Below are positions 1 to 30,637 of a stretch of DNA of 64,000 bases, piece by piece. The notes beneath the pieces are model-generated. The model was not told the DNA's origin, made no database searches, and was given only the letters and a program-made list of their open reading frames with translations. The stretch lies in the NCBI GenBank assembly GCA_951406725.2, contig OX597822.1:113956001-114020000 (forward strand), in the 5' to 3' direction. The translations under genes and the position numbers were made by a program. How positions within the stretch are numbered: the stretch's first letter is position 1; every line of letters begins with the position of its first letter. This DNA is from Octopus vulgaris. Its lineage: Eukaryota.

Positions 1-1498
1 TCCTCTTATATATATGAGGTCTGCAGAAGGGCTAGTGAGCAGAATGATGAAGATGGTGCAGTCAGCATAGATGGTGGGGAGATGAGGAATTGATTGTTAT
101 GAGTGATACAGAAAAGGAATTTGAGCAGTAAATGAAGATGTCAACTATAGATTTGAACTATATTCTTCTTTATTCCCTAATGTATATCTTTTTTATATGC
201 TTTTGTGTATACATATATGTTGAAGTTTTTTTTTTTTTGCATAAAAAAGCATATTTTATCTAAAAAAAATTCAGTTGCACCTGAATTTCTAACATGGAAA
301 TCATTAGCAAAGTAAGTTTCATGTTACATTATAGTGAAAATTTTCCGGAATGTGTTTCTTAAAAATTTTCATAATTTTACAATTTACTGCAAAGTGCAAG
401 TGTGGAAGATGAGGATGATATCAACACAAGATATTTGCTTTTGACATCATTCCCTACAATCTTTGTGTATAATTGTAGCAAACCAGGTAAGGGAAAGTCA
501 TGGGGCACAATTTTTGACTTTGAGAAGAATTTATAGTTTTTAGCTAAGCAACTGACCTTCCTAGATGTATTGAAAGCATTATAACATGTTCAGAACACTA
601 TTTCTGAGAAAATTATCTCTGTTCTCTTTGAGCACATAAAAGACAAATTTAGCTGGGGCAAAATGAGTAAGACAAGATAGATAAATTTTGCCTCTTCAAT
701 TCTCCAGAATTGCACTTGAAGAAAAGAAAAAAAAGACTCATACACATTATCCATCCTTAGACATCAGAAAGATCAGAAATGCATCGAAAATTTTTAAATA
801 TCTAGGTCAAATGAAAGAGGATCATGGAAAAATGGCATGGGTTATAAAATTAACAAAACTCAACATAAAATATTCTCTATTGGTTCTTTATGATCTGCTG
901 GAGTGACTCTCTTCTCGATATATTTACCCACCATGCAGTTAAAGAGAAGAAATTATTAAAATGAGTCGTTAATCATTTTACCCCAAATTAAACCTTATTT
1001 TCCGAAGATTGTAAATTGTCAAATTAGCTATTAATTGACTTGGAATACAACAGAGAAAAGAATATTGATTGTTAAACACCAGAAATTATCCAGATATTTT
1101 ATTAGCAACTTCAATTACAATTGGGTCAAAGTTGAAAAATTTCTAGAAAAAAAAAAATATCTGTCAAAAATATCTTCGACAACAACTATGCTGACCAACT
1201 TTTACTCCCAAAGATAATGCAATTCTTGCATTGTAAATGGTTTTCAAATAGGTAAGGAGAAAATAATGAAAAATCAGAAATTACTCATTTTGCTGCTCCC
1301 TCACCTATTTTGCTGGAAATGGGAGAGAAAGGTTTCGGTTATGAATATATTTGTGAAAACAGAAACTTAGCACCATCCTTTTTGGCTGGTGCTAAAGGAC
1401 TTGAGATCATCTCTAGATCTATGATATAAATTTCCTGTGTTACAGTGATTTAAATTAAAATGCTCTATCAAAAGCATCTATCAAAATGCTTTGACATA

Positions 1499-1808
1499 TT
1501 TACAAAGTCAGAAAACAGCACAGCTCCTTCCATGACTTTCGGAAACATTTTTTCACGCTAAGAGTTGCTGAAGCATGGAACAAACTGCTGGCATCAGTTG
1601 TTAGTTGTCGGAGCACTGCATCCTTCAAAACTTCCATGCTTCCTGAGATTTGCCAACACTACACCTGATTTTCTCCCCTCCGTACACACGCAAGCATGTA
1701 CCTGACTCATACACTGTTCACTTCCCAGACATTTGTACATTACTCCATATACTCTGACAAGTTGTGGTGCACCTGAGCACTGTATACAATAATTTCATTA
1801 TTATTATT
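1499..1808 (+). mobile_element. CR1-type LINE 3' end
   Basis: Homologous to 8116-8440; ends in CAATAATTTC(ATT)n. Confidence 0.85.
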
Positions 1809-2386
1809 TAAAATTATTTAATTAATATTCAAAACACAACATATATAATAATGTCAAATATATTTTAATAAATACTTCGTTATTTTCTAAAATGAGGCAA
1901 AAGCAGTATATTTCAACCTAAATATGGTTACAAATTATTCAACTTCTGCACTGAATATTAGGTAAATTCTAGGTAGAACAATGCATTCAATAACCTCTGC
2001 CAAATGGCACACAAACGAGAGGTGCGTTTTGAATTGCTTATTATTCTGTATTTGAAATTCTTTCGTTATTACAAGAAATGAGTCAGATAAATGAACCAGA
2101 ATTTTCAAGTTAGGCTACACTAGAAATTACAGACGTACAAGTTTTATAAAACGCAACTATTTTTCAGTGGTGCATCCTCAAATTTATTAAATAAGGAAAA
2201 AAAAAAAAAAAAAAGAAAAACCCTCGAAAAATAGTGAAATAATAATTAAGTCAAATATGTTTTTTTAGAAGTTGTATCTTCCAAATTTAATTATACATTG
2301 CCTGCTTTATGGTATCCAATCAATTTACACTAAATTCTTCACAAGTTATACGTCATCACAGTTTGACGGGAATTGTGAAAGGAAAA

Positions 2387-2789
2387 GAAGTGGCTGTGTG
2401 GTAAGTAGCTTGCTAACCAACCACATGGTTCCAGGTTCAGTCCCACTGCGTGGCATCTTGGGCAAGTATCTTCTGCTATAGCCTCGGGCCGATCAAAGCC
2501 TTGTGAGTGGATTTGGTAGACGGAAACTGAAAGAAGCCCGTCGTATATATGTATATATATATATGTGTGCGTGTATGTTTGTGTGTCTGTGTTTGTCTCC
2601 CTAGCATTGCTTGACAATCGATGCTGGTGTGTTTATGTCCCCGTTACTTAGCGGTTCGGCAAAAGAGACCGATAGAATAAGTACTGGGCTTACAAAGAAT
2701 AAGTCCCGGGGTCGAGTTGCTCGATTAAAGGCGGTGCTCCAGCATGGCCGCAGTCAAATGACTGAAACAAGTAAAAGAGAGTAAGAGAA
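2387..2789 (+). mobile_element. tRNA-derived CORE-type SINE (family A)
   Basis: A box TGGCTGTGTGG and B box GGTTCAGTCCC; CORE-like CTTGGGCAAGT; internal (TA/TG)n; tail GAAACAAGTAAAAGAG. Confidence 0.85.
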
Positions 2790-3345
2790 CCCATGAAATA
2801 AACGCATTTTACTGTGATCGATATAATGTGAACTATTTGCTCACTTATTTATACATTGTGAAATTATACAATTTCTAATGAAAACTATGCACTTAATAAA
2901 TATAATTATTAAGTCATATAATTATAATGTAAATTTCATTTCGTGTGCCGCATTCTCTCGAGATAAATAAAACTGGGGCACCTTTCTGTTGTCTTAGATA
3001 CAGACTCCTTCATTATAATAATTACGTCCCTTGGCAACGTGACCCCTAATTATTGCCTCGAACCTCATTTCTTCCCGGTAAATACTACAATAAAAATAAC
3101 CGAAGTTATTTTTTATTATTACGAAACTGCATCGTTAATTTCTTAATTAATTAAAAGGTAGGCATTGCAATAGCCAAACCCATAGCTTATTCTCCATCAA
3201 GCGGTGAATGGGAAATTTTTTATACCATAGATATCGTAACCATAACAATACAACACATTGTGCTTTAGAAAAGAATTTCCTCGTGTTAAGAAACGTAAAC
3301 ACTCTTGATAATCTTTTGAACGTATTTAATATATTCCTAATATAT

Positions 3346-3663
3346 TACTACTAGCGAACAGTGGTCCCGGTGTGCGCACACGCGCCATCGCGCTAGCTAG
3401 TCGTGACTAGTCGATCCTACAACGACTACCCTAGCAAAGTAAATAAAACACAAAATAAATAATTTTTTTACACAAAATAAATAATTTTTTTTACACAAAG
3501 TAAATAATTTTTTTAAAACAAAGTAAATAAAACACAAAAACACAAAGTAAATAATTTTTTGAACAAAGTAAATAACAAAAACACAAAGTATGGATCGACT
3601 AGTCATGACTAGCTGGTGCGGATACGCGAGTGCGCGCGCCGGGACCACTGTTCGCTAGTAGTA
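3346..3663. mobile_element. MITE with about 72-bp GC-rich terminal inverted repeats and an internal AT-rich minisatellite
   Basis: TACTACTAGCGAACAGTGGTCCCGG...GACTAGTCGATCC (3346-3417) mirrors 3592-3663. Terminal TA could be a target-site duplication. The interior is made of AAAGTAAATAA(TTTTT)/AACAC units. Confidence 0.85.
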
Positions 3664-3796
3664 CCTTTGATATATTCAATCTTTTCATTTCTTGTGATTT
3701 TCGCAAGCGTTTATGATTTTTTAAAAATATATATTTAAGGAAAAAAAACAGATTAAAAATTGGTTTTTATTTAACCTCAATAAGTTTGGTGTTTCC

Positions 3797-3835
3797 CCGG
3801 AAGTGACGACACAGACGAACTCGACATCTGATTGG
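3797..3835 (+). promoter_or_regulatory. Housekeeping-type proximal promoter of KAT2: overlapping ETS/half-CRE site plus reverse CCAAT box
   Basis: CCGGAAGTGACG at 3797-3808 and ATTGG at 3831-3835, about 200 bp upstream of the ATG at 4035; locally CpG-rich. Confidence 0.6.
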
Positions 3836-3916
3836 TTGTTTCTCTGCTTCTGTTGTTGCCAAACCGCAAAAATGGTGATGGGTGTTTTGGACTGATTCCC
3901 TTATTTAGCCTATATT

Positions 3917-3949
<33 letters not shown>

Positions 3950-4034
3950 TTCCCTATACGGTCTTAGCAGTATATACGTAAAAAAGAATCAGTCCTATTT
4001 TTAAAAAAACTAGTAACATCGAACCGATTGCTCT

Positions 4035-22506
<18,472 letters not shown>

Positions 22507-22998
22507 ACCATGCTGGGCGTTCCGGTTCAGATCCTTCCAAATCTCTGTAAAGAATGTGAATGCCTAACAACTTCAGCATGAAAGCTCTTAAGGACAGAGT
22601 TGTTAGTGGAAAGCTGCTGCTGCCACATGCCTTAGTGCTGATGAGGAACAGCAGAGGGGCAGCGTTCAGCAAGGAAGCCTACCATCGTTGGTTCTGCTAT
22701 AGCTCTTTGCTGTCCCTATAGCTAACTGCTGTGTCTGAATCAAGACTCAACTATTTGTACAAATCTCAACTAATTTGTACAGCAGCTACCAATGTAACCT
22801 ACACAAACTGACCAGTGCCATTGTGAAATATATATTTTGTTAAATCAAATTTGAATTTTAAGACTCTTCAACTTCATAATGCCATTCTGGTGTTTCAGTT
22901 CTTTTTCATAAATCATAACTTTCCAAGACTTCAGACATTGTTAGAGAGAAACTGATTTGTGGGAAGAGAAATAGTTTTTCACTTCATTATTTGACAAT

Positions 22999-23004
22999 AA
23001 TAAA
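22999..23004 (+). terminator. Candidate polyadenylation signal of KAT2
   Basis: AATAAA about 490 nt after the stop codon, followed by a T/GT-rich tract at about 23056-23075. Confidence 0.45.
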
Positions 23005-24399
23005 TCATTTTGTATATTTCCACATCATGAATATTTAACCACATTTAATTTCACTGTTTTTTTTTTTTGTGTGTGATAGTTTTGCAGCAATGCTTAAACT
23101 TATCAAACAAAAAGTGCAATTTATGCTAATTGTAATCAACTAAGTCTCTCTATCATGTTTTTTCTCCCTCTTTAATTTGAATAAGTGTTATACTGGATAC
23201 ATGAGTATCATATAATCCTTATTCATCATCATCATCATCGTTTAACGTCCGCTTTCCATGCTAGCATTGGTTGGACGATTTGACTGAGGGCTGGCGAACC
23301 AGATGGCTGCACCAGGCTCCAGTCTTGATCTGGCAGAGTTTCTACAGCTGGATGCCCTTCCTAACGCCAACCACTCCGTGAGTGTAGTGGGTGCTTTTTA
23401 CGTGCCACCTCACTCAAATATTATTACATGTGCCAATGGCACAGAGTTTTCATTGATGTAGAATAGAAGTTGATAAAGACTGGACAGTTGGCATTAGGGA
23501 GGGCATCCAGCCATAGAAACCATGCCAAAACAGACATGGAACCTGAACAGCACTTCAGCTCCTGTCCAACCCATGATAGAGTGGAAAACCTGTTACTTGA
23601 TGATGATAGTAAGGCAAAATGCTTAAATTATATTACCTGTGGTGGTATTTGATTGAGTCCAAATGATACTGGAGTTAACACTTTTCCATTTCTTCAAAGA
23701 AAATTGTTTAATACACTTCTCATAGCAACCTTCTTTTGAGACTGCCTCAAATTCAGTGATAAAAGTCTCTTGATTTATAGAAACCTAATGAAACCATCCA
23801 TATATTTCTTTTTTTTTTTGTTTAGTATTGAAAAATTCAGTTATTTTTGCCCATTTTCAATTAATTGAAACCTAAAAGCAGCTGGTCCATGAAGGGCAGT
23901 CACTAAGAGGAGTATAATATTTGGTGGAGTAGGTTACATATTAGTCACCAGAGACGAAAGGCTTGTGTGAGCTGTACAAGCCATGTGTAGAGATGCAGTC
24001 AACAATGGCAGAGCAGCAGATTGTTTTTGCCATAGCTCGATATTGGCTGATCATTGACTATTGGATGCTAACTAATGTGTTGAAGCATCACTAAAGGGCC
24101 TTTTTGCATGCATTCCTACTGAATCTCTGTGATTCGCATGCCATAATGGCATATTTAAAAAAGATATACTTATAGATTCAAATGCTCAGAATCCACATGG
24201 TGGTGCCCAGCTTTTGCATCTGTTCATAAAAGGTGGTCTTGACTTAGTGGAGACAAAATGTTTGATATCTGAACGGAGTCTCAGAGTCTGAAAGTGATTG
24301 TGATTTGTCCTTTTTTTTTTATGACATTCTGTGCATTCCTGCATGTTTTGTCTATTTGTTATACTTAGGTCAAGTGGGATAATAACAAAGGGAGAATTG

Positions 24400-25250
24400 A
24401 ATCATCATAGTTTAACTGAGGTCTGGAGAGCCAGTGGCTGCACCAGGCTCCAATCTGATCTGGGAATGTTTTTACAGCTGGATGCCCTTCCTAACGCCAA
24501 CCACTCCGAGAGTGTAGTGGGTGCTTCTTATGTGCCACTGGCACAGGAGCCGGCTAGGCAGGCCTGGCATCAATCACGTTCAACTAGTGCTTTTTATGTG
24601 CCTCCAGTCAGGCAGTCCTGGCATTAATCATGTTCAGCTAGTGCTTCTTACATGCTACCACCATGGGAGCCAGTCAGCGGGTACTGGCATTGACCATGTT
24701 TGGATGGTGTTTTTTACATGCCATCGGCATGGGAGCCAGTCAGGGGACACTGACATTGACCACATTCAGATGATGCATTTTATGTGCCACCAGAATGGAA
24801 GCCAGTCAGGGCAATGGCAACAGCTACGATTTCGGTTTTGACTCAGCAGATCTTCTCAAGCATATATCCCCTGACACATCAAGGGTACTCTTAAATGGGC
24901 CAGGCATGAAACACTTGCATTGGCCATAGCTGCAATCACACCTTAGTTGCCGGATCTTCTCAATCACAGCATATCTCCAAAGGTCTTGGTCTCCTGTCAT
25001 TGCCTCTGTGAGGCCCAATGTTCAGAGGTCATGCTTCACCACCTCATCCCATTTCTTCCACAGTTAAGGAGTGGCACACAGCTGTCTTCATCCTTATGTA
25101 ACACGTGACCATACCAGCACAGTCATCTCTCTTGCACACAACATTTGAGGCTTCATATGTCCAACTTTTCTCTCAGGGCACTTACACTTTATTGTGTATG
25201 CACACTGACATTATACATTGAGCGGATCTTTACTAGCTTCATTTTCAAGC
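24400..25250 (-). mobile_element. RTE-clade LINE 3' end (second subfamily)
   Basis: Minus strand encodes GLTEAMTGDQDLWRYAV and a WYGHV motif, followed by tandem units and the shared terminal UTR. Confidence 0.8.
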
Positions 25251-25918
25251 CTGCGCATGTCCGCAGCAGTCATGGCCCGTGTTTCATGTTTCAAACCAAA
25301 GGCTGTAGCCATGTTGGAGCACTGCTATTATCAATTTTTGTTGTTGATTTAAATATCTGTCAGTATTATGAAAGTAGACAGATGCAGACGGGAATACATA
25401 TACGATAGTTAATTAGCTAGGTGCATAGGTGAGTCTGTAGATGGAAAGATACATTAATAGATATACTGCAGATGTGTAGCTGAACTGTAACTCAGGCCTT
25501 GTACCCTAAAATAGAAAGGATTATTATTATTAGATGCAGCACGAAGTTTTGTAAATAACTTTGGCTGACAGTAAAAAGTCTAGTTCATATATATATATCA
25601 CCGTGATCGACCAGGCTATCAGATGTTGCTACACATTGCTGGTCACAATGCGCTTTGCATTGTTTTAGCCTTCGAATGACGCCACCCCGCTGGCTAAGCA
25701 AGCAGGCCAACAGAAGAAAGAGTGAGAGAAAGTAGTGGTGAAAGAGTACAGCAGGGTTTGCCACCACCCCCTGCCAGAGCCTCATGGAGCTTTAGGTGTT
25801 TTCGCTCAATAAACACTCACAACGTCCGGTCTGGGAATCGTAACCGCAATCCTCCGACTGCGAGTCCACTGCCCTAACCATTGGGCCATTGCGCCTCCAC
25901 ATATATACATATATACAC

Positions 25919-25955
<37 letters not shown>

Positions 25956-25958
<3 letters not shown>

Positions 25959-26333
25959 TCTTTACTTGTTTCAGTCATTTGACTGCGGCCTTGCAGGAGC
26001 ACTGCCTTTATAGTTGAGCAAATCGACTCCAGGACTTATTCTTTGTAAGCATAGTACTTATTCTATCGGTCTCTTTTGCCGAACCGCTAAGTGACGGGGG
26101 ACATAAACACACCAGCATCGGTTGTCAAGCAATGCTAGGGGGACAAACACAGACATACACACACACACACACATATATACAGTTTCCGTCTACCAAATCC
26201 ACTCAGAAGGCTTTGGTTGGCCCGAGGCTATAGTAGAAGACACTATAGATATAAAAGGTGCTACGCAGTGGGACTGAACACGGAACCATGTGGTTTGTAA
26301 GCAAGCTACTTACCACACAGCCACTCCTGCGCC
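25956..26333 (-). mobile_element. SINE family A
   Basis: Reverse-complement homologue of 2387-2789. Confidence 0.85.
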
Positions 26334-26616
26334 TATACGAATACGTTATCATTTTGATTCGTCCTTTATTTCCTTAAACTATAAAGCACATTATATCTAT
26401 CAAATATTAAAAGGAGGAAAATCAGCAATACCTTCTAAATTTATTTTGACTATATATGAACAGTTTTGTTTAAATGGCAGGACTTCAAAAAAAAATTTTT
26501 TTGAAATTCCTTGCTTGTGTTTAATATAACAATGTTTTCAGGTATGCTGGGATTTTTATGATTCAGGAACCACTTCAAACGATGATAATAGATAATAAGG
26601 GTATGTATGTGTATAG

Positions 26617-27365
26617 ATGGACATAAGAAGCATCAGATGTGGTGTGCAAGAGAGACGTTTGCACTGGTATGGTCATGTACTACGGATGGATGAGGAGAGA
26701 TGTGTGAAGAAGTGCCACTCCCAAACAGTTGAAGGTATCCGGGGGGAAAGGAAGACATGGGATGAGGTGGTCAAGCATAACCATCGAATATTGGGCCTCA
26801 CAGAGGCAATGACGGAAGACCAAGACCTCTGGAGATATGCTGTGACTGCAAAGATCTGACAAATAATGTGAGTTCATGGCTGCTTCCTGCACCAGTTTCA
26901 CATAGCAACCCCAGCCCATCCAAAGTACCTTGGATTGCAGAACAACCTGCTGTGCTTACCTTGGATCGTAGGGTGACCTGCTGTGCTTGAGGAGACCTAT
27001 TCAGTCAAATACATCAACATCAAAATAAATATCAAATGGAAATTGTAGTTACGATACCTGTGCTGGTGGCACGCAAAAAGCACCATCCGAACATGGCCGA
27101 TGCCAGTGCCGTCTTGACTGGCTTCCGTGCTGGTGGCACATAAAAAGCACCAACCGATTGTGGCCACTGCCAGCCTCCCTTGGCATGTAAAAATTACCCA
27201 CTACACTCATGGAGTGGTTGGCATTAGGAAAGGCATCCAGCTGTAGAAACACTGCCAGATCAGACTGGAGCCTGGTGCAGCCGCCTGGCTTCCCAGATCC
27301 CGGTTGAACCATCCAACCTGTGCTTGCACGGAAAACGGACGTTAAACGATGATGATGATGATGAT
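26617..27365 (+). mobile_element. RTE-clade LINE 3' end: ORF C-terminus, 3' UTR with about 57-bp repeats, (GAT)n tail
   Basis: ERRLHWYGHVLRMDEERCVKK...RKTWDEVV...DLWR is a typical RTE C-terminus; ends GTTAAAC(GAT)n. Confidence 0.85.
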
Positions 27366-27905
27366 AGTAGCGCTAAGTCTGGTAGTGGAAATGAATTGCA
27401 TGGTGATGGTGATTTGTCTGACAATACAGGTAAGTGGATATGTGTTAGCAACAAGAAATATGACACCCACATACACCTTCCTTACCCTGTTATAAATGAT
27501 TTTGATGGTCAGAGCAGACACCAACTGAAGCTAGGCCTGTGATTTTTTTTTTTTAATGGCTGCTGTTGGCTCTGGGCCTTTACTTTGGGATTATCTTGTG
27601 ACAGGATCCAATAATTATTTGACTTACTGCATGGAAAACATGGGACCATTTCAGAAGCATTCCACATTCCAAAAGGCATCTGTAGCAGCCAGTGATGCTT
27701 GAAAACCTATCAGCATTTGTTAGTTTGCTTTTGAACATGGGATTCCCATGGAAACATACCATGGAGCAGTGCAGGGACAAAGTCTCCGAAAATTATTCAT
27801 TTACACTAAGGAGTTAAGAGGCTTACTTTGTAACCAGTTGGTCCCAGGTTCAGTCCCACTGTACAGCACCAAATCACCCAATGCCTTGTGAGCAAATTTG
27901 GTGGA

Positions 27906-28130
27906 TACAGGAAGTCACCCAACAGTAAATCCAAATTCCATACATGCCATCTGTAATTCTGTATTGACTCCGAGTGGAGAATGTGTCGCTCAAGAAAAAC
28001 TTCAGTTTGGACCATTTTCATGATGTCGCATATTAGATTTTTTTTTTATCAAATCCATTCAGTTGTTAAACATAAATAAATCTTGGAATTAAATGGTTTT
28101 GATTTACTGTCAGGTGACTTTTGGCCAACC

Positions 28131-28134
<4 letters not shown>
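27906..28134. mobile_element. Tc1/mariner-type MITE with a damaged left terminal inverted repeat
   Basis: The right end GATTTACTGTCAGGTGACTTTTGGCCAACCCTGTA mirrors the left TACAGG..AAGTCACCCAACAGTAAATC. Confidence 0.55.
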
Positions 28135-28167
<33 letters not shown>

Positions 28168-28274
28168 TAAATTCAGGGTGAATACTTGATAAATGTAAGC
28201 ACCTGTATACACCAGCTAGTAACAGAGGTGAGAGGGTATATATATCAAATAAAATCAAAAGCAGAACACAAAGG

Positions 28275-28376
28275 ATGTCGTGGTACATGTGTTTCAAGCT
28301 TTATAAATGACCTGTTCTTACACCAGTGTATAATAGATATAAAAGATGGTTTAAAGCTCTCTTCAGCCGCAAACAT
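28275..28376 (-). ncRNA. Type I hammerhead ribozyme motif, left arm of palindrome
   Basis: Mirror copy of 28444-28545; stem III reads CACATG. Confidence 0.6.
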
Positions 28377-28443
28377 TGTTATTCCAAAGAGTTACATCAC
28401 ACTATGAAAAATATGATGTGTGATGTAACTCTTTGGAATAACA

Positions 28444-28545
28444 ATGTTTGCGGCTGAAGAGAGCTTTAAACCATCTTTTATATCTATTATACACTGATGT
28501 AAGAATAGGTCGTTTATAAAGCTTGAAACACGTGTACCACGACAT
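28444..28545 (+). ncRNA. Type I hammerhead ribozyme motif (Penelope-like), right arm of palindrome
   Basis: Stem I ATGTTTGCGG/CCACGACAT (imperfect); core CTGAAGA 28454-28460; stem II GAGCTTTA..TAAAGCTT with a long insert; GAAA 28525-28528; palindromic stem III CACGTG; GUA cleavage triplet ending at 28536. Confidence 0.65.
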
Positions 28546-29487
28546 CCTTTGTGTTCTGTTTTTGATTTTATTTGATATATATATATATATATAACGACAT
28601 GATACCAAATTTTCTCCATTTTAAGAAGTTGCTACTAGTTACTTTTGAAGTCTTCTTTGACCAGTCAAATATCGGTTTACCTGGAACAAAACAATGAAGT
28701 TATTAATAAGAGGAGTTGAAATTTATGCATGAAGAATCACACAGCCGTAGCATCAAATAATCAGCCTATGAACTTTTCAGACTGCCTATGTAAGATGAGA
28801 AAGCATGGACATTGACTGCAGTGTCTGCAAAAGCTAGAAGCAAATGGAACGAGTATGCTTTGCTAGATGTATAACGTTTATGTGCATGAGTGACAGAATA
28901 AATAAACTAAGAAAAATTAGACATTTAGCAGAATCAATCTTAGTGTACAAGAGAAAACACTTTTCCTGTGTATGGACAACGAAAACTGTATAAAGACATG
29001 CTCCAAGTGAATGGAATTTGTGGAAGAAGAAAACTTTGGGGAACAAAATATTGAAGACTGATGTTGAGATGCTGCACCCTACAGAGGAAATGGCAAAGGA
29101 CTATGGCATTTGGTAACATGTGGTACTGGAGAGGACCTCCCCTCTATACATGTAGGCATGGAGAAACCTACATTAAATGAGGGGAATTAATGATGAATGG
29201 GATATATATATTTACATTGTTTTCTTTCACTCATTCCGTTCCTCCTGTCACCATTCTCACTTATTCATTACTCCCTGCCACCACTGCCACACTATTCACG
29301 GCATCCTGTCACCTGTATATTGAAAACATTGGATTCGTCTGCATTCCCATCATATGACAGATAACACTCTCGAATAATAGAATCTTTCAGTATGTGAATA
29401 CTTGGCTTGAAATAACATTATTCTGTAAATACAAGGAAGTGTTTAAAAAAAAAAGACCTGAAGCATGAATGTGGATTAATCAAAGGT

Positions 29488-29713
29488 TAATCCTTTAGCA
29501 TTCAGATTAGTTTGTCAAATAGAACACTCATTTATTCATTGTTTTGAATTAATCATACATTGTCTTGTAATTTTGAGATTTCTATGATGTATTTGTTTAC
29601 ATTTAGAATGACATTGTACGATAAGTGTGAGAGGCCTGATTCAACCAGTTTGAACACAAAGCAGGGAGAATATTTGGGCCTGATAAAGCCAGTTTAATTG
29701 CTTAAAGAGTTAA
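29488..29713. mobile_element. Second TTAA-type MITE family; copy at about 36858-37087
   Basis: TTAATCCTTTAGCATTCAGATT...TAAAGAGTTAA; homologous to 36858-37087. Confidence 0.7.
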
Positions 29714-30637
29714 CAATTAATTTTGTCTTTTCTTTTTTAATGTGGAAACTCTTGTACCAGAATTGAAAATATTGTAGATAAATTTGGTTCATGAAACAAA
29801 AGAGGATTACTATGCAAAGACATATATTTGCATGCATGAAGTGGAGTCAATCCACCATTGCCAAATTTAAATTAACACTGCAACAGAACTTTTCCCACAA
29901 TGGAACAATTATTTTTCTCTGAAACCAGTTTTACATCTTCCAGATGTCTTTAGCTAGGCCAAAATAATGTCTTCACCACTTGACCTTTTCTAACCTCTTC
30001 TACTTCACCAAAAGCTAGAATAGAGATAACAAGACCACCAACTAAATCTATTGTTCTCATTGATATATCTATCCTTCTGGATCTTTATATAAGCAAGCAC
30101 ACCCCAAGCAAAAATCAGTTCATCACAGTCGTGACGACTCAACGAAGTTAGTCACAGTCAGAGGGAGAAAGCAACTGTGAGACAGCACCCTACAATTCTC
30201 TCTAGCTCTAATTCTGTCCCTTACAACATCATTCTATATCTCTCTCTGTAATTACTACTACTAAACAAAAGCAAGAGAGGCAACTGTTCTCGTCAATGTT
30301 GTTATTCGCTTGATTGCTGGATAAGCATCCATGCATAACTTTCAGCTGATATTATGAAGTTTCTTTATTCAAATCTCTGTTCCTGTCGGGCAGTCCCGCT
30401 ACCCTTGGTTCTCATAGAGCAGCTATAAACACAGAGTACTTCTTTAGGAGTTCTTCACCTTATCTCGTGCTGTTTATTAGCTTCTAGGTATTGTCGAAGA
30501 GGCCCGATCTGGAACTCAAGGGCCGTCTGGATTTCTTTCCTACCTCAACACCCATCCATTCATTTAACATTAATCCTGACAAGGTCATTTCGATATGGAA
30601 ATTGCAAGTCATTGCGAGTATCTTTTTATCATAATAT

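Larger units (their letters stand above)
28237..28583. repeat. Near-perfect palindrome, 166-bp arms with a 15-bp spacer, flanked by (TA)n
   Basis: 28237-28402 is the reverse complement of 28418-28583 with 5 mismatches seen, all transitions. The mirrored ORFs 28186+ and 28392- encode the same peptide. Confidence 0.95.

Noticed and set aside
390-486. Possible + strand exon (QSASVEDEDDINTRY...KP, donor GTAAGG) as an upstream KAT2 exon
   Set aside because: No convincing acceptor and no resemblance to the PCAF N-terminal domain.
22628-22680. CTGATGAGGAAC...GTTC in the KAT2 3' UTR as a hammerhead
   Set aside because: No GAAA follows stem II, so the core is incomplete.
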